IMG/VR virus record: IMGVR_UViG_3300037993_000169 | Location: 1 to 53,821 of that record | DNA from: a virus | Lineage: Duplodnaviria; Caudoviricetes | DNA: 53,821 bases | Reading direction: 5' to 3' (one strand) | Part shown: positions 8,433 through 17,240 of the stretch, in pieces | Numbering within the stretch: position 1 is the first letter of the stretch | Layout of the letters: each line of letters starts with the position of its first letter | The notes under the pieces: model-generated | What the model was told of the DNA's origin: nothing | The model's input: only the letters and a program-made list of their open reading frames with translations | Databases searched by the model: none | Position numbers and translations under genes: made by a program

Positions 8433-9024
8433 ACGGTTCGGAGAGATCATCACAGTGCTGAATGAGGTTTACGGCGACCCATCAAAATCTCTATCTCCGC
8501 TTCGCCTGGAGTTTTATTTCAAGTCGCTTGAAGACCTCTCAATTGAACAACTCAACGATGCGGCCGTGAGGATAGGACAGACAAAGACCTTTCATGTTTT
8601 GCCGACGCCGGCTGAGATCAGAGAAGCAACCCAGGGAAAGAGCGAGGATCGGGCGGAATTCGCTTTCGAAGACCTTGTAGGCGCGATCCAGAGTGGAATC
8701 TACTGCAGGGGCGCGGTATTTGAAGATGGCGCCATAGTGAAGTGCATTGAGGCAATGGGCGGCATAGAACAGGTGTCCGACTGGCGAACAGATGACCGGG
8801 AATGGCACAGAAAGGAGTTTATCAAACTCTACAGGGCATATTCAACAAGGGGGCCATGGCCGGAAGACAAGGTAATAGGAGCGCACGAGCACCGCAACGC
8901 GCTCCACGGATATACTCAGGAATTTATGCCGCCTGCGCTGATGGTCGGGAATCAGGAATGGATAGAGCGCAAGATGTTGGCAGGGGCAAAGGCACCGGAA
9001 CTACAGGAAGGAGGGGTAAAGTGA
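8413..9024 (+). CDS. Putative helicase loader/replication protein (DUF6475-like)
   Basis: Directly follows the initiator; F(H)xxPTPAEIRE motif and FEDGAIVKCIEAMGG...RKEFIKLYRAY; SD AGGAGG. Confidence 0.65.
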   Translation: MQNKDSERFGEIITVLNEVYGDPSKSLSPLRLEFYFKSLEDLSIEQLNDAAVRIGQTKTFHVLPTPAEIREATQGKSEDRAEFAFEDLVGAIQSGIYCRGAVFEDGAIVKCIEAMGGIEQVSDWRTDDREWHRKEFIKLYRAYSTRGPWPEDKVIGAHEHRNALHGYTQEFMPPALMVGNQEWIERKMLAGAKAPELQEGGVK

Positions 9025-9452
9025 TAATCAAACTCCCCCTCTCCGTGACCCTACCCCGCAAGACCAAGGCCGATAAGGTGCTATACCTAAATCTCAACGT
9101 CTACCGGAACACGCACCCGCACGTCCTCAGCGATGCGAAGATCGCCTATGCGGAGATCGTGGCAAAGGCTGTGCCGGCAGACTTTCAGGTGGCGCAAGGG
9201 CCTCTCTCTTTTCACTACACCGTCTTTCCCGGAGACGGCCGGGCCTTTGACCTGTCAAATGTCTGCTCGATCATCGACAAGTTTGTGTGTGATCCCCTGC
9301 AGGACCTCGGTGTGATCCTGAACGACAACTACAAAACGATACGGCGCGTGACTTACGAGTTCGGCGCGATAGACCGGGCGGATCCGCGGTGTGAGTTGGA
9401 GATTAGGCCGCTTGTGGACAGCCGGAGCCTCTTTTCCGGGGGTGGGGCGTGA
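9021..9452 (+). CDS. rusA: RusA-like Holliday junction resolvase
   Basis: LNLNVYRN and DLSNVCSIIDKFVCDPLQDLGVILNDNY match the RusA D-x-x-N...K...D...G-x-x-x-x-D pattern; GTG start with GGAGG. Confidence 0.75.
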   Translation: MIIKLPLSVTLPRKTKADKVLYLNLNVYRNTHPHVLSDAKIAYAEIVAKAVPADFQVAQGPLSFHYTVFPGDGRAFDLSNVCSIIDKFVCDPLQDLGVILNDNYKTIRRVTYEFGAIDRADPRCELEIRPLVDSRSLFSGGGA

Positions 9453-9477
9453 AAGAAAAGCCCGGCCGAAGCCGGGC
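9452..9477 (-). terminator. Intrinsic terminator for the reverse-strand island
   Basis: On the minus strand: GCCCGGC-TTCG-GCCGGGC followed by TTTTCTTT. Confidence 0.85.
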
Positions 9478-9489
9478 GGGGAAGGCTTA

Positions 9490-9651
9490 TTACTTTTTGT
9501 GGGGCTTCCTCGGTTTATCCCAGTACGGCGATTTGCAGGACGGGCAGACGGCTGGATGCTCGGGTGTCCGCGGCCACCAGGTGTGGCCGCAGCCCTCGTC
9601 GGGGAACATGCGGAAAAGCTGAAAGGTGCTGAGCGTGATCTTGTCAGACAT
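9490..9651 (-). pseudogene. 53-aa chimera: IS1595-like transposase N-terminus joined to a zinc-ribbon peptide
   Basis: Hand translation: MSDKITLSTFQLFRMFPDE-GCGHTWWPRTPEHPAVCPSCKSPYWDKPRKPHKK. Absent from the ORF track (<60 aa). Confidence 0.6.
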
Positions 9652-9653
9652 GA

Positions 9654-9824
9654 TTATTTGTCCCTTTTGTCGTTTTTGGCTGCATCGTCCATTGCTGACC
9701 GCAGAATTTCAATGCAGAGGAACGGGACGGTGAATCCAGCCTCAGCCGCCATTTTTGCGAGTTCCCCGTACAGTTTGCGGGGAAATTTGCGGAGGGAAAG
9801 GGTCGTATATTCGGGATTAGCCAT
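9654..9824 (-). CDS. Ribbon-helix-helix (Arc/FitA-like) DNA-binding protein
   Basis: TTLSLRKFPRKLYGELAKMAAEAGFTVPFLCIEILRSA fits a beta-alpha-alpha RHH pattern; SD GGAGGAGG. Confidence 0.65.
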   Translation of the reverse strand: MANPEYTTLSLRKFPRKLYGELAKMAAEAGFTVPFLCIEILRSAMDDAAKNDKRDK

Positions 9825-10125
9825 TGTTGGCCTCCTCCGGAGCAAAACATTGGGCACAATACGGGCTGCCGTTCTCCCAACGAATGTCTTTGCGCATCAG
9901 CGCCTCTCCGCAGCCATGACATTTTGCGATGACCTCTCTTGCGAGAATTCTGTCTCGCTCGGGGGCACTCATCGCAGCATACTCTTTGTCGGGAATGGCG
10001 CAAGGGTTAACATGAGTTATCCAAGACTGCTGGTAGACGGACCAATATGTCACTGTGCCATCGCGATGGATCGTATTCCTTTTCATCTTGTTGCCCTCCA
10101 GTTTTTTATTTTGTGTGTTACTCAT
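9817..10125 (-). CDS. Hypothetical protein with C-terminal CxxC...CxxC (start may be 10086)
   Basis: CHGC...CAQC motif; GGAGG precedes ATG 10086; overlaps the RHH gene. Confidence 0.6.
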   Translation of the reverse strand: MSNTQNKKLEGNKMKRNTIHRDGTVTYWSVYQQSWITHVNPCAIPDKEYAAMSAPERDRILAREVIAKCHGCGEALMRKDIRWENGSPYCAQCFAPEEANNG

Positions 10126-10131
10126 ATATAC

Positions 10132-10160
10132 AATATAAACAATGACAACGATGTTGTCAA
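10132..10160 (-). promoter_or_regulatory. Sigma70 promoter TTGACA-17-TATATT overlapped by the palindrome TGACAAC-gat-GTTGTCA
   Basis: -35 at 10160-10155, -10 at 10137-10132; perfect 7-bp inverted repeat at 10143-10159. Confidence 0.75.
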
Positions 10161-10225
10161 GTGTTTTTTCAGAAAAAGAGAGGAAAATAAAAAATAATGT
10201 TAAATCGTTGGGGGAGAAGGAAAAA

Positions 10226-10247
10226 GGGAGTGAAGTATATAAATCCC
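10226..10247. mobile_element. Probable terminal repeat of a decayed IS1595-like element
   Basis: GGGAGTGAAGTATATAAATCCC lies upstream (minus strand) of the promoter, passenger ORFs and transposase remnant. Confidence 0.5.
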
Positions 10248-10394
10248 AAAGAAAAGCGCGGCCGATGAAAATCGTACATTGGTGGGAAGATGAGCTTTGA
10301 AGACTGGCTGATCTTTGGTGCCGCTCTGGCCGTGTGGGGCGGGGTATAACGGGTTGTGTTGGCTGATGATGGCGGTGAACAAGGGGAGGTGAGC

Positions 10395-10577
10395 ATGGAT
10401 CAGATATGGCTTATCGGCTGGAAATCCATTGCAAAATATCTCGGGATTAGCGTACCGACGGCAAAGCGTTGGTTTCAAGGATCAGAGATACCGGTTCGCC
10501 ATCCGCCAGGTATGATGGTGAGGGCCCCGAAGGCGGACCTCGATGCATGGGCAGCAAAGTACGCCGAGCCAAGATGA
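10395..10577 (+). CDS. Small MerR/Xis-like HTH DNA-binding protein, possible late-gene regulator
   Basis: LIGWKSIAKYLGISVPTAKRW...IPV...DLDAW pattern; SD GGAGGTG; immediately upstream of terS. Confidence 0.8.
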   Translation: MDQIWLIGWKSIAKYLGISVPTAKRWFQGSEIPVRHPPGMMVRAPKADLDAWAAKYAEPR

Positions 10578-10614
10578 GCCAACTTTTTTGAGTGTGAGCC
10601 AACTTTTTTATACT
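10566..10614 (+). promoter_or_regulatory. Putative late promoter with phased GAGCCAA direct repeats and a TATACT -10
   Basis: TGAGCCAACTTTTTT at 10575 and 10595, GAGCCAA at 10566, TATACT at 10609-10614, and no TTGACA. Confidence 0.6.
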
Positions 10615-10646
10615 ATGTTGTGCGATGTCTGTGGTAGTAGTTGTTT

Positions 10647-11078
10647 ATGCCTATAGACCCCGAGCGCCGGAAGGCCGCCGAAGACGCCTGTACAAACCTC
10701 TGGCAAGAGGCATTTAAGAAGCTGGGAATAACCGCCGAAAAGCGCGCAAAAGAGTTGAAAGACATGGGTTTTTCCGATGTCCGCGACTATTTTAAGGTCA
10801 CCGACGAAGGCGATCTGCGGGCGCTTCCGTTCGAAAAAATTAAGAACGGCAAAACCAAGGCAATAAAAAGAATCAGACAGACGGTCACCCAGAGCGAGAC
10901 CGAGGGTGTGATCAAGGTCCACACGGAGTATGAGTTTTACGACAAGCTCGCCGTGCTCAAGGAAATCAGCGATCTGTGTGGGGACCGGCCGGCGGAGAAG
11001 CAGCGGCACGAGTTTGACCTACCCGATAACGTATCCGTAAGTATCAACATCGGCGAGAAACCGGAGAAAAGCGAGTGA
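10647..11078 (+). CDS. terS: Terminase small subunit
   Basis: Directly upstream of terL; ELKDMGFSDVRDYF...KAIKRI...YDKLAVLKEI resembles TerS C-terminal regions. Confidence 0.7.
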   Translation: MPIDPERRKAAEDACTNLWQEAFKKLGITAEKRAKELKDMGFSDVRDYFKVTDEGDLRALPFEKIKNGKTKAIKRIRQTVTQSETEGVIKVHTEYEFYDKLAVLKEISDLCGDRPAEKQRHEFDLPDNVSVSINIGEKPEKSE

Positions 11079-12535
11079 ACATCGCGTATATTGCCCCCCC
11101 GACCTTGTCCCGCTTTCATCACTCAGCCGCCTTTTATCGCTTCATGCAAGGGCCTGTCGGTTCCGGCAAGTCGACGGGGTGCAGCGCGGAGCTTATGCGC
11201 CGGGCAGCCGAACAAGTGATAAGTCCCGACGAGAGGCGCCATACCCGCTTTGCCATCATCAGAAATACGTACAGAGAGCTTGAAGATACTACTGTCAAAA
11301 CATGGCTCGACTGGTGGCCGGAGAGCGTTTTCGGCAGACTCAACAAGAACGACATGACCCAAACGATGCGCTGGCAGGACGTAGAGGCCGAAATCCTTTT
11401 CCGCGCTCTTGATCGCCCCGACGACATCAAAAAACTCCTGTCCTTGGAGCTTACCGGCGCATGGGTGAACGAGGTCCGGGAAATGCCCAAGAGCATTATT
11501 GACGCCCTCGGCGACCGTGTCGGCCGCTATCCGGCCATCAAAGACGGCGGCTGTACGTGGCGCGGGGTGATCGGCGACACAAACCCTCCTGATGAATACC
11601 ACTGGATTTACCTCCTCGCCGAAGAAGATCGACCGGAAGGCTGGGCGTTTTTCAAGCAGCCAGGCGGATTGATCGAGCTACCGGACGGAAAGTTTATCGA
11701 AAACCCGGACGCTGAAAACATCGCCAACTTGGAGCCGCATTATTATCTTACCCGCATGGCCGGCAAGGCCGTTGACCATATCCGGGTGTATTACTGCGGG
11801 CAGTACGGCTTTGTCAAGGAAGGAAAACCGGTTATTGCCGAGTACGTGGACGCAATGCATTGCAGTCATGAGATACTCAGGCCTATTCCCGGCCTATCCC
11901 TCATGATCGGGATAGACTTCGGGCTCACCCCCGCGGCGACATTCGGGCAGCGGATGCCAAACGGTCGCCTTACGTGTGTCGACGAGCTCGTCACCGAGGA
12001 CATGGGCGCCGTGAGATTTGGGGAACTTCTCAAGGCAAAGCTCCTGTCGGAGTACGCGCCGTGGGTGAAACAAGGCCTTGTGTCAATGTGTGGCGATCCG
12101 GCCGGGGAACAGCGCGTGCAGACAGATGAAAGAACGCCCTTTCAGATTCTCAACGCGATTTTCAAGCCCATCGGAATTATCGCAAAGCCCGCGAGGACGA
12201 ACGATTTCACCCTGAGAAGAGAAGCGATAGCGGTTCCCTTGTCGAGGCTGATTGTCGGCAAGCCAGGGCTGATTATCTCCCCAAAATGCACCATCACGAG
12301 GAAGGGTTTAGCGGGAGGCTACTGCTATAAGCGCGTGCAGGTCGCCGGGCAAGAGCGGTACCAGGATAAGCCCGACAAAAACAAGTACAGTCACCCCGTA
12401 GAAAGTTTGGGCTATATGCTGATTGAGGCAGGCGAAGGTGATTCAATTAGAGGTTTACGACCGGAAGAGGATAATTCCGAAGCAATTAACACAGCCCTCG
12501 CGCAAGCGCAGAGAGGGCCATGGGGAGGAGGATAA
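11075..12535 (+). CDS. terL: Terminase large subunit
   Basis: Walker A GPVGSGKS, Walker B-like AWVNE, DTNPP, nuclease motif GIDFGLTPA, and KNKYSHPVES. Confidence 0.95.
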   Translation: MNIAYIAPPTLSRFHHSAAFYRFMQGPVGSGKSTGCSAELMRRAAEQVISPDERRHTRFAIIRNTYRELEDTTVKTWLDWWPESVFGRLNKNDMTQTMRWQDVEAEILFRALDRPDDIKKLLSLELTGAWVNEVREMPKSIIDALGDRVGRYPAIKDGGCTWRGVIGDTNPPDEYHWIYLLAEEDRPEGWAFFKQPGGLIELPDGKFIENPDAENIANLEPHYYLTRMAGKAVDHIRVYYCGQYGFVKEGKPVIAEYVDAMHCSHEILRPIPGLSLMIGIDFGLTPAATFGQRMPNGRLTCVDELVTEDMGAVRFGELLKAKLLSEYAPWVKQGLVSMCGDPAGEQRVQTDERTPFQILNAIFKPIGIIAKPARTNDFTLRREAIAVPLSRLIVGKPGLIISPKCTITRKGLAGGYCYKRVQVAGQERYQDKPDKNKYSHPVESLGYMLIEAGEGDSIRGLRPEEDNSEAINTALAQAQRGPWGGG

Positions 12536-12538
12536 CCC

Positions 12539-12757
12539 TTGGATGAAAATCAGGTATTGGACGAGGCGTGGGAGATAATCAGGGAGAACGTCGGCTTTAT
12601 CGACCGGACTTTCGCAGCCAGCCCACCCGCAGGCAAGCGCGTCGCCTTGTCGGCTATCGGCGCTCTCGTGAGTCTCAAGCTCAAGCACGTCTGCGAGTGG
12701 GATCAGAAGCAGGTAGAGCTCAGGGCGGAACATGGGAGACTCCATGCCGCGTCTTAA
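12539..12757 (+). CDS. Hypothetical protein
   Basis: TTG start after GGAGGAGG; fills the gap between terL and the GroES-like gene. Confidence 0.55.
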   Translation: MDENQVLDEAWEIIRENVGFIDRTFAASPPAGKRVALSAIGALVSLKLKHVCEWDQKQVELRAEHGRLHAAS

Positions 12758-13208
12758 GCTCCTCAATGACATCATCGCCCTGATCCCCGACCCGCCCGAC
12801 GAGACTTACGGGTGCATCATCATTCCCGAGCACCTGCGTATGCGGCTCTGGCAAGGGACCGTCGTCGCCTGCGGCCCAGGCGTGCGCCCCGGCTACAAGG
12901 TGGACCGCCCCCACTACGAGGACGGCAAGCAGTATGTCTTGCGGTTCTGTAACTGGGACGGGCACAAGCGCGTCAGCCTCGATGTCCATGTCGGCGATCA
13001 TGTGCTTATCGGCCGGCAACAGGCGGAGGAAATCAAAGAGATACAGGCTCCGTGTTTGAGGGAGATGGATTGGTTCAGCGCCGGGCAGAGCGTGCTTTTT
13101 ACCCGCCAGGAAGAGGTTTTAGGCGTGATCGGGGAGGGAGGAAAGGTGAAGCACTTGAGGGGAGATTGGATTTGTAAGGACGTCTGGTGTGAGGGGGACC
13201 CGACATGA
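12744..13208 (+). CDS. groES: GroES/Cpn10-like co-chaperonin
   Basis: LKLLNDIIAL...GCIIIPE...GTVVACGPG...LDVHVGDHVL...RQEEVLGVI follows the Cpn10 consensus, with insertions. Confidence 0.8.
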   Translation: MPRLKLLNDIIALIPDPPDETYGCIIIPEHLRMRLWQGTVVACGPGVRPGYKVDRPHYEDGKQYVLRFCNWDGHKRVSLDVHVGDHVLIGRQQAEEIKEIQAPCLREMDWFSAGQSVLFTRQEEVLGVIGEGGKVKHLRGDWICKDVWCEGDPT

Positions 13209-13274
13209 GAATACCGAACAAAATTCACTTTCTCGGCCAGGATTATACTGTCGAATTCGTACCCACTCTCAGCC

Positions 13275-13523
13275 ATGATGCCGACAATAAGGCGCATGGT
13301 GGAAGGTGAACTGGTGATCCCCCTCGTCCGCCAGCTATCCCGCCCCATCTACGAGCCCGGCGATACTGTGCGGCTCCGTTCGCCTCACCGCGGCTCCGAC
13401 ATGACCGTCGTCGATCACCGCACGTCCGACGACTGCGTGATCTGCGAATGGACCTACGAGGGAATACCGCAACGGGCAGGCTTTGACGCCGCAATCCTGG
13501 AGGTGGTAAGAAATGCCCACTAA
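13275..13523 (+). CDS. YodC/DUF2158-like small protein
   Basis: PGDTVRLRS...DMTV...CEW..G.PQRAGF...LE matches the DUF2158 pattern. Confidence 0.6.
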   Translation: MMPTIRRMVEGELVIPLVRQLSRPIYEPGDTVRLRSPHRGSDMTVVDHRTSDDCVICEWTYEGIPQRAGFDAAILEVVRNAH

Positions 13524-15996
13524 GTACCGCGACGGCTCACCGACCTACACCGACGACGGCCCGCCGCCCCTCAACGTGCCCATGCACGAGGAACCCCACA
13601 AGGAAGAGACGGGCGACGACCCGGAAAAGATCGGCGAGTTTCTTGAGTCGATTCAGAAGAAGACCCAGGCATGGATTGACAAGGAGACGAAGAACCGCAA
13701 GCGTTACCGCGAAGCCCTTGAGTTTCACGAGGGTATCAACCAGTGGGACCCCGCCAACGCCGCGCTTCGCCAGTCCGACGGTCGACCGATGATGACAATC
13801 AACAAAATGAACAAATTCACCCGCCAGGTCACCGGAGACATGCGGCTTAACAAATTTCAGGTGAAGATAACCCCCGCCAACGTCGACGGGGATCACACAA
13901 TAGCCAAGATCAGGGGTGGACTCGTCAGTGGCATCCACTACAACAGCCGGGCGGAATCCATATTCCATGACGCCAACACAACGATAGTCGAGGGCGGGTA
14001 CGGTGCGTGGCGCCAGCTCTATGGGCCGAGCGAAGACAACCCCTTTCTGCAGGACATATACCTGGAACTTATTGAAAACCCCATGGCCGTTATTATGGAC
14101 GCCAACGCAGCCGCCGGCAAGTGCTACCGGGACGCCAACCACGCGGGCATCGCCGAGCGGCTGTCCATAAAAGAGTTTGAGCGGAAATACCCCAACGCTT
14201 CGAAGCCTTCCGACTCCATGAAGATGAGCCAGGGTATCAGCCGAGATCACTGGTACAACCGCGATAACGTCACCGTGCAGGAGTGGTTCGAGCGCGTCAT
14301 CGTGCCGAAAACCATGTGCCTGATGGATGACGGGCAAGTCCTCAGTAAAGAGGAAGCCAACAAAAAGATCAAAGAGTGGCAGGACCGCCAGGAGGCCAAA
14401 GGCATAGTCGCAAAGCTTCAGGCCGAGGCAGGACCGCAAGCAGCACCTCCAGGCTCGGGTGCGCAACAGCAACAACAACCCCCGGCAGCACCCCCACAGG
14501 CTGCCTCCTCTCCCCAGTCAGGGCAACCGGGAGCCGGCCAACCCCCCCAGTTACAACCGGCTCCCCCTGCCCCCCGACAACCCATGCCGTCGGTCAATGC
14601 ACCGCCCCCCGAGCCAGAGCCCCGCATTCTCAAAGAAAAAGAAGTTGACACCTATGAGATACGGCATTGGGTAGTCAGCGCGACCGAGATCCTGGCACCT
14701 GAAGAAGACAAGCTCGCAGGCGAGAAAGTACCCGGCAGGTACATCCCCATAACGCTCGTCCGCGGCCGCCATCGGAACATCGAGGGCGAGGATTATGTGT
14801 CGTCCCTCACCCGGGATTCCTTTGATGCCCAACGCAATTACAATTACGCCATCACGAGCAACGCCGAGGCAACGGCGCTGCAGGGTAAGGCACCCTACAT
14901 CGGCACGGCGACGCAGTTCGGCACTGGTCAGCAGTTGACCCGGTTTGCCCAGGCCAACGCCAAAAACACGCCAATCCTCACCTATACGCCGCATGTGATC
15001 GAGACATCCGCCGGCGCGCAGCTCGTACCGCCGCCCCACCGGGAACCCCCGCCGCAACCCTCTCCTGCCTATATCCAGATGATGGAGCGGGCAGATAGGG
15101 ACATCCACGACACGATAGGCATGGGCAGGCGCGACGTGGGCGAGACGGGACCGGAGCAATCCGGTAAGGCCATCCACGAGGCGAGCATACCGGGCGACAT
15201 CACCGTCGTGGACTACCACGATTATCTCCTCGAAGGCGTCATGCACTCCTGCATGGTCATCAACGAGATGATACCGGATATCTACGACACCAAACGAGAT
15301 GCCCAACTCAGGGACAACGACAATTCGGAGTATTTCGTGCCCGTCAACACCACGATCGATGACGCGATAGAGGCGATAGGGGCGCACCCCGAGCGATACA
15401 AGGGCATGGACCTCGAAGCACTGAAGGTCATGAAAGCCAAAAACCCGAGCGCCAAGTACAACGACATCCAGAGAGGGCGGTACAAGGTCGAAGTGACGAC
15501 CGGACCTGCTTTCTCGACGCTCAGGCAGGAAGCTGGCAAGCTCTTCGGCACTTATGTCCAGGGCGACCCGCAGGCAAAGCACCTCATGGGAGACCTCATT
15601 CTCGAGACCACGGGTGCCGGGCTGCCTCTCGTTGACGAGGCCGCGAGGCGCGTGCGCAAGACCTTGCCGCCGGGGCTCATCAAGCCCAAGCCAGGAGAGG
15701 AAAAGGAGCCGCCGATGCCGCCTTCGCCTCAGATGGTGGCGAAGATGAAAGAAATTGAAGTCAAGGCCGCGAAAGTCGCCAACGAGAAGGCGAAAATCGA
15801 CGCACACGCCCAGGAGATGCAGCTTAACGCGCAGATCAAGGTAAAGGAGATGGAGATTAAGCTTGCAGAACTTGCTTTGAAGAAGCTGGAACTCGCCAAC
15901 GAACTGGCAAAGAGCAAGGGTGCGATCAGGGAAGAAGTGGTGGATATCCTACGGGAGGTGGGGGAAAAGATGCAGGAAGGAGCGGTGCAGGGATGA
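13513..15996 (+). CDS. Portal protein, P22-like
   Basis: QWD...R...GRPMMTINK, GGYGAWR, GRYIPI, DAQRNYNY, EQSGKAI and GRYKVEVTTGPAFSTLRQEA; located after the terminase. Confidence 0.93.
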   Translation: MPTKYRDGSPTYTDDGPPPLNVPMHEEPHKEETGDDPEKIGEFLESIQKKTQAWIDKETKNRKRYREALEFHEGINQWDPANAALRQSDGRPMMTINKMNKFTRQVTGDMRLNKFQVKITPANVDGDHTIAKIRGGLVSGIHYNSRAESIFHDANTTIVEGGYGAWRQLYGPSEDNPFLQDIYLELIENPMAVIMDANAAAGKCYRDANHAGIAERLSIKEFERKYPNASKPSDSMKMSQGISRDHWYNRDNVTVQEWFERVIVPKTMCLMDDGQVLSKEEANKKIKEWQDRQEAKGIVAKLQAEAGPQAAPPGSGAQQQQQPPAAPPQAASSPQSGQPGAGQPPQLQPAPPAPRQPMPSVNAPPPEPEPRILKEKEVDTYEIRHWVVSATEILAPEEDKLAGEKVPGRYIPITLVRGRHRNIEGEDYVSSLTRDSFDAQRNYNYAITSNAEATALQGKAPYIGTATQFGTGQQLTRFAQANAKNTPILTYTPHVIETSAGAQLVPPPHREPPPQPSPAYIQMMERADRDIHDTIGMGRRDVGETGPEQSGKAIHEASIPGDITVVDYHDYLLEGVMHSCMVINEMIPDIYDTKRDAQLRDNDNSEYFVPVNTTIDDAIEAIGAHPERYKGMDLEALKVMKAKNPSAKYNDIQRGRYKVEVTTGPAFSTLRQEAGKLFGTYVQGDPQAKHLMGDLILETTGAGLPLVDEAARRVRKTLPPGLIKPKPGEEKEPPMPPSPQMVAKMKEIEVKAAKVANEKAKIDAHAQEMQLNAQIKVKEMEIKLAELALKKLELANELAKSKGAIREEVVDILREVGEKMQEGAVQG

Positions 15997-17240
15997 GCGC
16001 CCTTGTGACCATCTACGTCCTCGGTTTTAACAGGCTGGAAAAGACCAAAATAGCCGTCGAGTGCATCCTCAAATACACCGAGGGGATAGATTACGAGCTT
16101 ATTCTTATCGACAATGGTTCTACCGACAACACGCTTGAGTTTTTCAAGTCCGTAGACCATCCCAAAAAGAAGGTTTTCAGAATCCCGAAGAACGAAGGCG
16201 CCGCCCCTGCCGTTGATAGCGTCACAGAGCACTTTCACGGCGATTATATAGTGGGCATCGCAAACGACGCCTATGTCACTCAAAACTGGCTGTCAAACAT
16301 GCTCGCGTGCTCCGAATCGGATGATAAAATCGGCATGGTAAACCCGCGGTCTTCGAACGTCAGCAATCTCCAGGGCGTTGACCTGACATTCAACAGCTTT
16401 GAAAAAATGCAGGAGAAGGCCGCAGAGTATAATGTGCCGGACCCCCGCAAATGGCACGACAGACTCAGGCTTATCACCATAGGGACGCTCTACCGTGCCG
16501 ACTGCCTCGGTCTCATAGGCAAGCCCGATCACAGGTTCATCCACGATTTCGTTGACGACGATATCGCCTTTAGAGTTAGGCGGGCGGGCTACAGGACCAT
16601 ACTTTGTGGCGACACCTTCATCCATCATGACCACGATTTCAGAAACGATAGAACCAAGCCCGATTTGAGACAGAGTCTCGAGCACGGAAAGCTTTTTTTC
16701 AGGGAGAAGTACTACGGCGTCGACGCATGGGATGACGTGAACAATTACGAATTGGAAATGATGAACCTCATTGACCCAGAAGAGAAGCGGGGATGTGTCG
16801 CCCCTCAGATTCTCGGCATAGACGTTGCGTGCGGGACACCGATACTGGAACTGAAAAACAAGCTCAGAATGGCCGACATCTTCGACACGCAGCTTTCCGC
16901 CTTCTGTTCCGATGCGAAGTATTATGTCGATCTGAAGACCATCTGCAGCGGCAAGGTCGCCGTCGACAGGATAGAATACCTGCCGGCACACTTCCCCCTA
17001 CCCGAGTTTGATTACGTCATCCTCGGTCGGCCGATCAATCTCTACCCGCAACCAGAGAGACTGAGTAGCGAGATAGCCGCGCTTCTCAAGCCTGATGGGC
17101 AATTCCTTTTCAAATCCTTCAAGGGCGGCTCCCTGTGCGTCTCAAAGGTCAACATGACGCACAACGTACCTACAGTAGCCACAACCCCGTCACTGATAGG
17201 CGATGACGGCTATGAAGTCGTGGTGAAAAGGAAGGTATGA
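15993..17240 (+). CDS. Family 2 glycosyltransferase with a C-terminal methyltransferase-like domain
   Basis: ELILIDNGSTD, ND, DDDIAFR...GY and FIHH in the GT2 domain; then ILGIDVACG, FDYVIL and LLKPDG. Confidence 0.88.
   Translation: MSALVTIYVLGFNRLEKTKIAVECILKYTEGIDYELILIDNGSTDNTLEFFKSVDHPKKKVFRIPKNEGAAPAVDSVTEHFHGDYIVGIANDAYVTQNWLSNMLACSESDDKIGMVNPRSSNVSNLQGVDLTFNSFEKMQEKAAEYNVPDPRKWHDRLRLITIGTLYRADCLGLIGKPDHRFIHDFVDDDIAFRVRRAGYRTILCGDTFIHHDHDFRNDRTKPDLRQSLEHGKLFFREKYYGVDAWDDVNNYELEMMNLIDPEEKRGCVAPQILGIDVACGTPILELKNKLRMADIFDTQLSAFCSDAKYYVDLKTICSGKVAVDRIEYLPAHFPLPEFDYVILGRPINLYPQPERLSSEIAALLKPDGQFLFKSFKGGSLCVSKVNMTHNVPTVATTPSLIGDDGYEVVVKRKV

Noticed and set aside
9391-10197. 268-aa plus-strand ORF
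   Set aside because: Antisense shadow of three minus-strand genes that have their own promoter and terminator.
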